From positions 1 through 43,195 of IMG/VR virus record IMGVR_UViG_3300023053_000005: DNA of 43,195 nt; one strand, 5' to 3'. Each line of letters begins with the position of its first letter. Position 1 is the first letter of the stretch. The translations under genes and the position numbers were made by a program. The stretch comes from a virus (taxonomy: Duplodnaviria; Caudoviricetes). The notes under the pieces are model-generated. The model made no database searches. It saw only the letters and a program-made list of their open reading frames with translations, and had not been told where the DNA came from. Positions 35,326-43,195 of this stretch are shown one piece after another.

Positions 35326-36011
35326 TTGGCCGGCCCATTCAGCGCAGCGGTGGCGTCGAGGCAGGCGTACATGTCGTGAATCGCTTTTCGCTCATGTTCC
35401 CAGAAGCCCCTTTGGTCAGAGTCGGGCTCATGACTGATAGGCTCCAGCTCGATCAATCTGTCCATAGCGCACAGCCAAGAATCCCGATGCGATAAAAGAT
35501 TCTCAGGCAGCACCACCGCAACCGGCGCTGGCGGGGAGGTGTAGAGCGGCTCAACTTCTCCGCCAGCGCCGTTGCATTGAAAAGTCCGCGCGTTGTGTTC
35601 ACTGCTTGATAAATACCAAAGGCCGCCAGCGTGTGCCTGGTAGCGCCACGCCACCGGCTCACCCCTCCCACTCTCCAGCTCAGCGATGCGCGACCGTTGA
35701 TCGCAGACAACCTTCCAGTGCTTGTCTATGCCGTCTTTCAGCTCAGCGATTCTCGCCTGTAGCTGGGCGATGGTGGATTGCATGGCATCGTAGTCGGATT
35801 CTCGTACGCACCGGATGTTCTGGGCTTCATGGCACCAGAACCGCGACACCGATGAAGGCTCTTGCCGCTCGACCGCTGGCGCATCGAGCAGCGCCTGAGC
35901 CCGCCCGCAAATACCGCCAGACCATGCAGATTTGACGTTACGAGATGCAAGCTTCACCAGATCGGAAAGCAACTCCCGCGACACGCCGTCAATCGTTGGG
36001 TTATTGGTCAT
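35322..36011 (-). CDS. Mosaic hypothetical protein (Ea/Ead-region type)
   Basis: Coiled-coil segments and GEPVAW...LYTSPPAPVAVVLPE linker motif. Confidence 0.7.
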   Translation of the reverse strand: MTNNPTIDGVSRELLSDLVKLASRNVKSAWSGGICGRAQALLDAPAVERQEPSSVSRFWCHEAQNIRCVRESDYDAMQSTIAQLQARIAELKDGIDKHWKVVCDQRSRIAELESGRGEPVAWRYQAHAGGLWYLSSSEHNARTFQCNGAGGEVEPLYTSPPAPVAVVLPENLLSHRDSWLCAMDRLIELEPISHEPDSDQRGFWEHERKAIHDMYACLDATAALNGPAK

Positions 36012-36013
36012 GG

Positions 36014-36277
36014 TCAGTCCTCGCCTCGCATAAGTCCGTCATCACCTTCGGTAATTGCCCCGCATCCGCCGTCGGTATTGCTGGCGCCGAACGTAGCCAG
36101 GATCAACATCCGATCCCCACTGGTTGGGCGCAACGAGTTAACCGACCCGCAGAACAGCGAAACACCAGCCGCGTCCATGTCCCGCAATAGTCGCTCTTGG
36201 CGCGAAAGCAGCTTGCGCACTACGTCATAGCTGATGCCGGCCGCCTCGCACTCGTCTTCGTTGGGAAAGTTACTCAT
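36014..36277 (-). CDS. Hypothetical protein
   Basis: MSNFPNEDEC..., coupled in operon. Confidence 0.6.
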   Translation of the reverse strand: MSNFPNEDECEAAGISYDVVRKLLSRQERLLRDMDAAGVSLFCGSVNSLRPTSGDRMLILATFGASNTDGGCGAITEGDDGLMRGED

Positions 36278-36728
36278 GACTTTCTGCCTCGGGGTTGGGG
36301 TTGAGGGCGGCGCAGATGTCGACTTCCAGGGATTCAAGCTCTTCTGGCGCGTCTGCCTCAAAGCTCAGCACCGAAGAATCGACTACGCGTTGAAGCAGAG
36401 CGCGCAACGCATCCCGCTCAGCCTCAGCCGTATCGGCGCGCAGGCGTTGGGTGTCAAGTTCGCGGTCAGCCGGAACAACCAGAGCAACAAGCCCGTCAGG
36501 TCGTGTGATCCATTCGCCAAGCCCGGAGCCATTCCCGTTAGGCGTTTCCAGCTCGACAAAAACGCATTCGCTTGCCGGGCCAGGTAACGCGGTACAGACA
36601 AAGTGCAGGACATCAGGCGATGAAGCCTTTGAAAGCTGATCCAGTTGAGCAGTCGACACGCATTGATCTTTCAGAATTCGATCGATCAAGACAGATGAAA
36701 CCAGTTTGAAACTTTTCACTTCACTCAT
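36270..36728 (-). CDS. Hypothetical protein
   Basis: PGP..ECVFVELE...G.GEW and QRLRADTAEAE segments. Confidence 0.65.
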   Translation of the reverse strand: MSEVKSFKLVSSVLIDRILKDQCVSTAQLDQLSKASSPDVLHFVCTALPGPASECVFVELETPNGNGSGLGEWITRPDGLVALVVPADRELDTQRLRADTAEAERDALRALLQRVVDSSVLSFEADAPEELESLEVDICAALNPNPEAESHE

Positions 36729-36762
36729 GACATGCACCCTTGAATAAGTTGCGGCCAGCCGG

Positions 36763-37356
36763 TCATGGCTTTTCTCTGCCAGTTCCGTCGCATTTGTTGC
36801 AGATCGTTGACGACGCCTCCAGGATCCCGGTACTGATCGTTCCAGTTCCGAAGCATTCCAGGCAGCAGGTGAAGGGGTCAGTTGCCAGGACTGGCACGAT
36901 GCGTTGGTTTTCTGGCTTCAGCGCTTCGATGGCCAGCACGCGACGCCGCGCCCTGTTCCCGTTGCCAGGGCTGAAGTCTGGGATGTCGCAGTCGCAGCGC
37001 GTGGTGCACGACTGGGGGAATTGGCAGGCTTCAGCGGGTGCACTGAGCGCGGCCTCGATCTTCTTGCGAAACTCATCGCGCATTTCCTGCGTGTGTTCGA
37101 TCACATCACCAACCGAATTGAGCGAAGATTCTTCTAGGTGATGAGCGGCCAAGTTCAGCAACTCCACCAGATCATCATTCCGCTGCTCAACGGCCGTCAG
37201 CCGATCCTGCAGCGCGACTTCCCGCTGCTTTCCCTGTGCCTGACGCTCGTCGAAGACGGAGGCATTGACCCAGAATCCAGGATCAAACCCGGCTCGCGAT
37301 TTCTTCGTTGATTCCTTCAGCACGTCTACGGCGAGAAAGCGAATTACTCCGTCCAT
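36763..37356 (-). CDS. Hypothetical protein with C-terminal DnaJ-type CxxCxGxG zinc finger
   Basis: CLECFGTG and CNKCDGTG. Confidence 0.65.
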   Translation of the reverse strand: MDGVIRFLAVDVLKESTKKSRAGFDPGFWVNASVFDERQAQGKQREVALQDRLTAVEQRNDDLVELLNLAAHHLEESSLNSVGDVIEHTQEMRDEFRKKIEAALSAPAEACQFPQSCTTRCDCDIPDFSPGNGNRARRRVLAIEALKPENQRIVPVLATDPFTCCLECFGTGTISTGILEASSTICNKCDGTGREKP

Positions 37357-37409
37357 TTCGAAATCCTCAGCAAAAGAGTTGGGCCAGCGCCAGCAGGCAC
37401 AGGCCGTAT

Positions 37410-37556
37410 TCAAGTAGTTGGTTGGTCACGGTCTATCTCCCGTGCGCGCAGCTCGGCCATGGCGAGTTGCCGGGCCTTGCTGCATTTGTCGTGGTTGCCA
37501 TGGGCGCGGGGCTTTCCGCACTGATCGCAGTTGGTTTGCAGGTCGAGCGGCTTCAT
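37410..37556 (-). CDS. Small Cys/His protein
   Basis: CDQCGKPRAHGNHDKCSKARQ. Confidence 0.55.
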   Translation of the reverse strand: MKPLDLQTNCDQCGKPRAHGNHDKCSKARQLAMAELRAREIDRDQPTT

Positions 37557-37594
37557 CGGCCGCCCGCGAATGGTGGTCTTGCGGCGCAGGGCGG

Positions 37595-37852
37595 TCATGA
37601 CGATGGCTTGGGCAGGAAGTGATAAGAAATCTCCTTTTCGTGGCTGCAATGGCCGGAGAACTTCACCGCCTCATCAAAGGTGTAGATGCCAGCCTCTGAT
37701 ATGTCGGTGGTGTACCCGCAACCGTTCGCACGCCACCAGCATTCCCATTCACCAGACCAGATGCGCACAAGGCGATCACCTCGCTCGGCCAGCCATTTAG
37801 CCAAGGAGCCTTTGGTTTTCAGTCCATGAAGAGTTCGTCTAAGTCCTGCCAT
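37595..37852 (-). CDS. Hypothetical protein
   Basis: IWSGEW..WWRANGCGYTTDISEAGIY motif. Confidence 0.65.
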   Translation of the reverse strand: MAGLRRTLHGLKTKGSLAKWLAERGDRLVRIWSGEWECWWRANGCGYTTDISEAGIYTFDEAVKFSGHCSHEKEISYHFLPKPSS

Positions 37853-37855
37853 TGC

Positions 37856-38050
37856 TCACCTCCAGTACGTCACGCCATCGTTGCAGAGCCAGCCAACTTT
37901 GCCGGTGGAATAGGTGGTGATCTGCGCCGGCTTGCAGTCGTGGGACTTGGCGAACGCCTCCCAGCTGTTGCTGGACAGGGTTGATGCGTACAGGCAGAAG
38001 GCCGCGAAGGCGAAGAGGGCGCTGATCAGCAGGAATTCTTTGAGGGTCAT
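37856..38050 (-). CDS. Small membrane/secreted protein
   Basis: N-terminal TM; GKVGWLCNDGVTYWR; ATGA-coupled. Confidence 0.6.
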   Translation of the reverse strand: MTLKEFLLISALFAFAAFCLYASTLSSNSWEAFAKSHDCKPAQITTYSTGKVGWLCNDGVTYWR

Positions 38051-38685
38051 GGCTGCACCCGTTTGAACTCGACGACCCAGACCCACGGGTTGGCGTCCCA
38101 GTCGCCGCCGGTGGATTCCCAAAGATTGCGCCATGCGGTTCGCAGCGTTGGGCGCCCCTCAGCGCCTGAGCCGGCGTGACACATGTCGTATCGGTCTTGT
38201 CCATCGGCCAGGTCATCAAGATCAATGCCTTCGCGCTCTATCTCAGCATCGCTGATGTCCTGCAAGCGCTCGACGCGGACGGCTGTGATCTCCAGCAGGA
38301 TGCGGCATGCCCAGCGCGGCATGTGGATCGAAGGGCGGCCACGACCCTGGATGATCATGGAGCAGCCGGTTTGCCGCACAGCGCCATCTGCTGGGTAAAA
38401 GATCGGTTCGCCTTGGCTTAGATCTCGCGGGGCAATCGCATCAACCTGAGCATCAGCTGCCCAAGCCTCGCGCACCCACAGCCGTTCGCCGGGCTTACCG
38501 TACGGGCAGTGAATGATCGGGCCGCCGACGTTCCAGCAAACCGCGTTGAGCGGTGATTCATCAGCGGCAGTCGTCACGGCGAAGCTGGACGTCAATCCCT
38601 TCACCGGCCGCCGCGTGACCGTCTTCCTGCCATCCAGAATGGCGCGCACCATCGGCGCCGAGAACAAAATCGGACGTTCTTTCAT
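38047..38685 (-). CDS. ASCH/PUA-like domain protein
   Basis: MKERPILFSAPMVRAILDGRKTVTRR, CPYG.PG.RLWVRE, PSIHMPRWA, NPWVWVVEF. Confidence 0.8.
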   Translation of the reverse strand: MKERPILFSAPMVRAILDGRKTVTRRPVKGLTSSFAVTTAADESPLNAVCWNVGGPIIHCPYGKPGERLWVREAWAADAQVDAIAPRDLSQGEPIFYPADGAVRQTGCSMIIQGRGRPSIHMPRWACRILLEITAVRVERLQDISDAEIEREGIDLDDLADGQDRYDMCHAGSGAEGRPTLRTAWRNLWESTGGDWDANPWVWVVEFKRVQP

Positions 38686-38993
38686 TCCGCCCCCTTCAAC
38701 ACATCAATGACGATCTTCACGCCGCTGGCAACGCTGGCCGGCTGTTGCTGGGCGTAGCGCGTCAGGTCAGCAATGGCTTTTGTCCGTACTGGCTCACGCT
38801 GAACAGCAGCGCCGAGCCCGCGAACGAATTCCAGGGCGTACCGCTTGCCCTCCAGTTCCATGACGCGGTTGATGGGGCCGGTGATGATCAGATCCGGTAC
38901 CGGTTGAACGGGTTGGGCCTTTGGCTTCTCTGCGGAAGCGGAAAGGACACGGCCGAGCGCGCTCGCAAGCGCTTGGTTTGCGATTGAGTTCAT
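38682..38993 (-). CDS. Hypothetical protein
   Basis: 103-aa ORF coupled on both sides. Confidence 0.65.
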   Translation of the reverse strand: MNSIANQALASALGRVLSASAEKPKAQPVQPVPDLIITGPINRVMELEGKRYALEFVRGLGAAVQREPVRTKAIADLTRYAQQQPASVASGVKIVIDVLKGAE

Positions 38994-40792
38994 GGGATTA
39001 CCTGCTGAGAAACGCTCAGGCCTACCGCTATTGGGCGAACCCAGATCGGCATGCTGTTGAGCATGAAGGTTTCGCCGGCGGCGGCCAGCAGTAGGGTGGT
39101 GCCCATCACATGGGCGATTGCTTCAGCGGCTGCCGGCGGTACCGCGTTGCCGATCCGCTCGCGCCAAGCCTGATCACTCAGGCCGTCCAGCTCGAACTGT
39201 TCTTCCGGTTCGACCAGGCTTTGTATCGCGGCAAGCTCCAGCGTGGTGAACGGTCGGTGCCAGGTGCCGTCGAGGCTTTCGATTACGCAGGTCAACCGGT
39301 CATTGGCTTCCGGCATGCGGGGATCGGCCACAGACCAGCGCCCGTTGTCCTGCTTGGCGCTGGCCGACACGGCGCCGCATTGCTCGTTCCAGCCGACAAC
39401 GCCGTAGTGGCCGCCAGTTAGGTAGGCATCACCCTTCGTGCGCTTCATGCCTGGGCGTGGATCTGCAATTGAAAGCGCGCCGCTGGCCACCTGCTGCGAT
39501 CCGGTGACCGTCCCTGCTGTTTTATCCCATGGGCAACCCCCCAACTTCCGGCTGCTCGCTCCGGCGTGCCAGTTGTGATATCGCGGATCTTGCACCGCGA
39601 ATGCGCCTTGCCCCGTGGTGCTGCCGGCGATGACCGTTCCGGCGGCATTGTCGAACGGGGTAACCAGGTACTTGCCGAACCCATCACCCGGCCGACGTGG
39701 ATCAGCCACGCTGAATGTTCCTTGCCCGGGCGACTTCACGCCGATGACCGCGCCGCTGGTTTCGTCCCACTTGCGCACACCGTACTGCTGGTACTGCAGG
39801 GCTCCCGCTTTGGCGCGTGGATCTGCAACCGAGAACGCGCCATTGGTTGGGCTGCTGCGACCTGCAACGGTGCCGGCGGTGTCCTGCCACTCATGCACAC
39901 CGAGATAACCGGCGCGGTACTCGGGCACGATCACCAGATCACGCAGGTATCCGTCCTCGATCGCCAAGTCATTCAGGCTGCGCCAGTCCTTGCCGGCGGT
40001 GACCAGGGCGAGTCGTACCCACGTTTTCCATTGCAGCGCCGGTACTCGGTGCATCGGTCCGGCGGCTTCGATGTCGCCGGCGAGCGGCATGCGGCCCAGG
40101 ATCGAGCCGACAGACTTGAGTGTCTTTTTTTCCGGCTCGTACAGGAAGGGTGGGACCTTCTCGATGTGGCGGGCCACCAGCAGGAAGCGCTTGCGGCTCT
40201 GGGCCAGTCCGCCAATAACGCCGCAGTCGTGAGTGGTCTCGGCGACGGCGTAGCCGAAGTGCGACAGTAGTTTGTTGATCTGGTCCAGCAGATGCCGGCC
40301 ACGGGTGGCCAAGCGAGGAACGTTTTCGAACACCAGCAGCGGTACCGGGTCGTCCTTCCAGGCTTCGCCGAATAGCCAGATGCAGCGCAGCGTCAGTTCG
40401 TTCAGGGCCTGATACTTCGGGGTCAGGCTCATTTTCTCGGACAGCAGCCCCGACGCGCCTTTGCATGGGCTGGAGATGAATACCGCGTCAGGCCTCTGAT
40501 AGTTGGCGGCGCGCCGAATGTCGTCGACCGTAGCCTCTCGCCAGCCCATTGGCGGCTCTTTGCCATGGAAACGGATGTACTGATCACGAGTGAACAGGTC
40601 GAGCAGTGTCCCTTTCACGCCGCTCAGACGTTCGAAGTCGGCCAAACCCGCCGGATCGATATCAACACCGCCGATGCACTGCCATTCGGCTTGGGTGTTG
40701 CCAACGATGGGCTTGGCCCGGTTGAACCCTTTGGCGCCGCCGCCGAGGCCGCAGCAGAAATGAAAGTGTTTGAGTACGCGCTTGAGCATCAT
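38990..40792 (-). CDS. DNA cytosine-5 methyltransferase, orphan, with expanded repetitive variable region
   Basis: Motif I FCCGLGG, IV SPCKG, VI ENVP, VIII QSRKR, IX RPFTTLE, X IGNAVPP. Confidence 0.92.
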   Translation of the reverse strand: MMLKRVLKHFHFCCGLGGGAKGFNRAKPIVGNTQAEWQCIGGVDIDPAGLADFERLSGVKGTLLDLFTRDQYIRFHGKEPPMGWREATVDDIRRAANYQRPDAVFISSPCKGASGLLSEKMSLTPKYQALNELTLRCIWLFGEAWKDDPVPLLVFENVPRLATRGRHLLDQINKLLSHFGYAVAETTHDCGVIGGLAQSRKRFLLVARHIEKVPPFLYEPEKKTLKSVGSILGRMPLAGDIEAAGPMHRVPALQWKTWVRLALVTAGKDWRSLNDLAIEDGYLRDLVIVPEYRAGYLGVHEWQDTAGTVAGRSSPTNGAFSVADPRAKAGALQYQQYGVRKWDETSGAVIGVKSPGQGTFSVADPRRPGDGFGKYLVTPFDNAAGTVIAGSTTGQGAFAVQDPRYHNWHAGASSRKLGGCPWDKTAGTVTGSQQVASGALSIADPRPGMKRTKGDAYLTGGHYGVVGWNEQCGAVSASAKQDNGRWSVADPRMPEANDRLTCVIESLDGTWHRPFTTLELAAIQSLVEPEEQFELDGLSDQAWRERIGNAVPPAAAEAIAHVMGTTLLLAAAGETFMLNSMPIWVRPIAVGLSVSQQVIP

Positions 40793-40815
40793 GCGGCGGT
40801 GTCCTTGAGAAAGAG

Positions 40816-40839
40816 AAACGCCGGCAAGCGCCGGCGTTT
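40816..40839 (-). terminator. Hairpin terminator upstream of the MTase
   Basis: AAACGCCGGC-aagc-GCCGGCGTTT, T-rich tail on the minus strand. Confidence 0.6.
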
Positions 40840-40855
40840 GGGTGTTGCTTTTGGG

Positions 40856-41464
40856 TCAGGCCACCTGAGCAGGCGGGTTCATGGCGAAGTAGATGCGGGC
40901 GCAGGCTTCGGTGTCTGGTCGGGCGCGGTGGCCGCCGACCAATTCTTCACCGGTGAAGTGCAGCAAGGCTTCGGCGACGGTCGGCTGCTTGAACTGGCGA
41001 CCACGGCCGGCGGCGATCATCCGTTCTGTCGGCGGGCACTTCACCAGGTTGGTGCTGTTCTGGCAGGTGCAGTAGCCCGGCGTGGATTTGAAGGCGTCGG
41101 CCGCCTCTTTGCCGCGATAGCGAGATAGCGCGATGCGCATGATCCGGTCGTCGAAGTTGATGTTGTGGGCGATGCGCAGGCCGGCGCGTTCGTGGATGGC
41201 CATGAAGCCGTCCAGCGCCTCAGCCTCGGGGATACCCATATCCATGGCCATTTCGGTGGTGATGCCGTGGATCACGGCGACTTCGTTGGGGATCACCCAG
41301 CCATCTGGGCGCACCATGGCTTCGAAGGAATCGACCAGGTTGCCGCCGGCGTCGTAGGCCAGGATGCAGATATCGACCAAGTGCGGCTGGCGCGGGTCGT
41401 CGCTCGGCTCTTTGAACAGCGGGAGGCCGGTGGTTTCGGTGTCGTACGGGGTCAGCAGATTCAT
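40856..41464 (-). CDS. DEDDh 3'-5' exonuclease (DnaQ-like)
   Basis: YDTETTG, AHNINFD, HRARPDT. Confidence 0.9.
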   Translation of the reverse strand: MNLLTPYDTETTGLPLFKEPSDDPRQPHLVDICILAYDAGGNLVDSFEAMVRPDGWVIPNEVAVIHGITTEMAMDMGIPEAEALDGFMAIHERAGLRIAHNINFDDRIMRIALSRYRGKEAADAFKSTPGYCTCQNSTNLVKCPPTERMIAAGRGRQFKQPTVAEALLHFTGEELVGGHRARPDTEACARIYFAMNPPAQVA

Positions 41465-41482
41465 GGGGCTTTTCTCCAGGCG

Positions 41483-41506
41483 AAAAGAAGGCGCCCGTAG
41501 GCGCCT
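41483..41506 (-). terminator. Hairpin terminator between ATPase and exonuclease
   Basis: AGGCGCC-4 nt-GGCGCCT followed by TCTTTT on the minus strand. Confidence 0.5.
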
Positions 41507-41530
41507 GTGGTGTTTCGGGGGGGGGATGGC

Positions 41531-43068
41531 TCAACTGGCTTTCTGAAGTTGTTCGGTACCGGCTGCCACGCCGTTTTCGATCCAGACCGCGTTAATTTCC
41601 GGCGGCAGCTTGGCAGGAGGGGCTTTGAGCGTGCCGCAGACGATGGCGCTGTCGATGGTGCCGGCGTTCGCCATTGCCTTCAGCATGCCCAGCAGCTGAC
41701 CGCGCCCGGGTAGGTCGAGGACGTCAAAGCGATCGAGGATCAGGAAGCGCAGGCCAGAATGCTCAGCGATAGCCAGGGCCAGCAGGCAGTCAGCGCGCCA
41801 CCGCTCCGACTCGGAGAGCAGCGTGTACAGCCGGCCGCCGGCGGTGATGTTCATGTCTGCGCTGATCTGCACCTTCTTCCAGCCAGACAGAACGGACGAC
41901 TTGGACAGGCTTTCGTTGAAAGGCTTCAATGCTCCGGCCAGGATCTCGGCCGGGATTCCGTCGGGAGACAGCAGGTCGGTGATGGCCGACCACTCTTTGA
42001 CGTCGGCGTGGTGCATGCCGGCATCAATTGCTTTCTGCTCGGCGCTGGCCAGCAGGTCGAGACGTTCGCTGATCGCTTCTACCTTGGCCTTGGCGGCGTC
42101 GCGCAGGTTGCGCTGCACCTGAATGGCGTCCTCGACGCGCTTGATCATCGCGTCAGTGACAGGCTCTTCCATGGTGTCGGTAAGCGCCTGAAGATCACGG
42201 CCGGCCTGTTCCGATTCGTCCACGGCCTTCTGGTCGTTGACCTGAGTGCGGGCGAGCAGGTTGTAAGCGTCGTTCGCCTTCTTCAATTCGGCCTGAGCAG
42301 TAGCCAGCTTGCCGGCGTCCGCCGCTTTTCCCTTGAACAGCTCCAGCACCTTGCCGACGATCTTGAGCTTTGTGCCACAGGATGGGCATTCGCATGGGTT
42401 TTCACCGCTGAAGGCCTGCACCTGCTGCTCGGCGGTGCTGACCTTTTCCTTCCACGGCTCCAGCTCTTTGTTGGTGGCTTCGAGCTTGTTCTTGCGGCGG
42501 TTCAGTTCCAGATAAACCGCTTCCAGCGCTGCGCGGCGTTCATCCAGCCTGTTGGCCGCATCGCGCTTGGCGTTCAGGCCGCCAAGGTGCTGGGTGCCTT
42601 TCTCGATTTCGGTGGCTGCTTTGGTCAGATCAGCCTGCGCGGCGACCAGGTCTTCGGCGGTCAGCTCTGGCGCGTCGTCCGGCAGCGGCTGGATATCAAC
42701 CGTCCAGCCTTCAGCTTTGACGTCGCCGTAGGCCTCACCAGTCAAGCCCTTCCAGGCGCCACGGCTTTCGGCGGCGTAGGTCTTGGCCTGCTCCTGCGCC
42801 GCGACAAAACCGCTCAGCAGCAGCGGCTTGATCTTCTCGACTTTGTCCGCGTTCGCGCCCTTGGCCAGCAGCTTGTCGACCACCACCTGCGGCTTGCTGC
42901 TGGACTTGGTCAGCGCGAACAGCATTTTCCGGCGCTCGACGTCCTTCAGGCTGGCGAACATCCCGGGCGTCAACACGTAGGGCAGGTATTCATCGCCGGT
43001 CGCGAGTGTGTGGTCGCCCTTGCCGGCTGGCAGCGTGTAGCTGCTGGCAACGTCGTCGTGGCTGACGA
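41531..43068 (-). CDS. C-terminal part of Rad50/SbcC-like ATPase (start at 217)
   Basis: Coiled coils around central CPSC zinc hook; signature LSESERWRA; Walker B-like LILDRFD. Confidence 0.85.
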
Positions 43069-43195
43069 TGATCTGGGCCTTCTTCTGGCCCTCGGTAACC
43101 AGCAACTGATAATCCTTCTTCAGCGAGACACGCGCCTGACCGCCCAGCGCCAGGTTGATCGCTTCCTGAAGGCTGGACTTTCCGGCGCCGTTTGG
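43069..43195. repeat. Terminal direct repeat, right copy (circular assembly overlap)
   Basis: Identical to 1-127. Confidence 0.95.

Larger units (their letters stand above)
1..43068. mobile_element. Complete temperate podovirus-like phage genome, excised/circular form
   Basis: Integrase, intact attP, immunity, replication, lysis, packaging, head, short-tail and ejection genes present; no host genes; circular overlap. Confidence 0.93.

Noticed and set aside
38990-40792. Restriction-modification system
   Set aside because: No cognate restriction endonuclease recognised nearby; treated as an orphan MTase

Overview
The window is an apparently complete, circularly permuted temperate phage genome of 43,068 bp. 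Bases 1-127 are repeated exactly at 43069-43195 (assembly overlap), and one gene runs across the junction. The host is probably a Pseudomonas, inferred from GC-rich codon usage and gene families. The control region is lambdoid: cI/cro with three OL and three OR operators, cII, O/P-like replication genes with an iteron origin, RusA, a Q-position regulator, and holin/holin/GH19 endolysin/Rz/Rz1. It is joined to an epsilon15/BPP-1-like podovirus morphogenesis module ending in a tail spike with an SGNH-esterase domain. An intact attP (tRNA 3'-end core with arm-type repeats on both sides) precedes a P4-like integrase and a convergent AlpA excisionase. The long leftward early operon carries a recombination module (Cas4/AddB-like exonuclease, RecT-like annealase, FtsK-gamma-like protein, Rad50-like ATPase, DEDDh exonuclease) and a C5 methyltransferase with five tandem TRD-like repeats. 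The least explained region is the pL-proximal 2 kb (4780-6700). It holds an rrn-like hairpin plus a perfect boxA but no recognisable N gene, long hairpins in front of the ribosome-binding sites, a motif repeated after two very acidic small genes, SD-led micro-ORFs (including ATG-TAA) and several terminators. All calls come from motif recognition by eye; no database searches were run.
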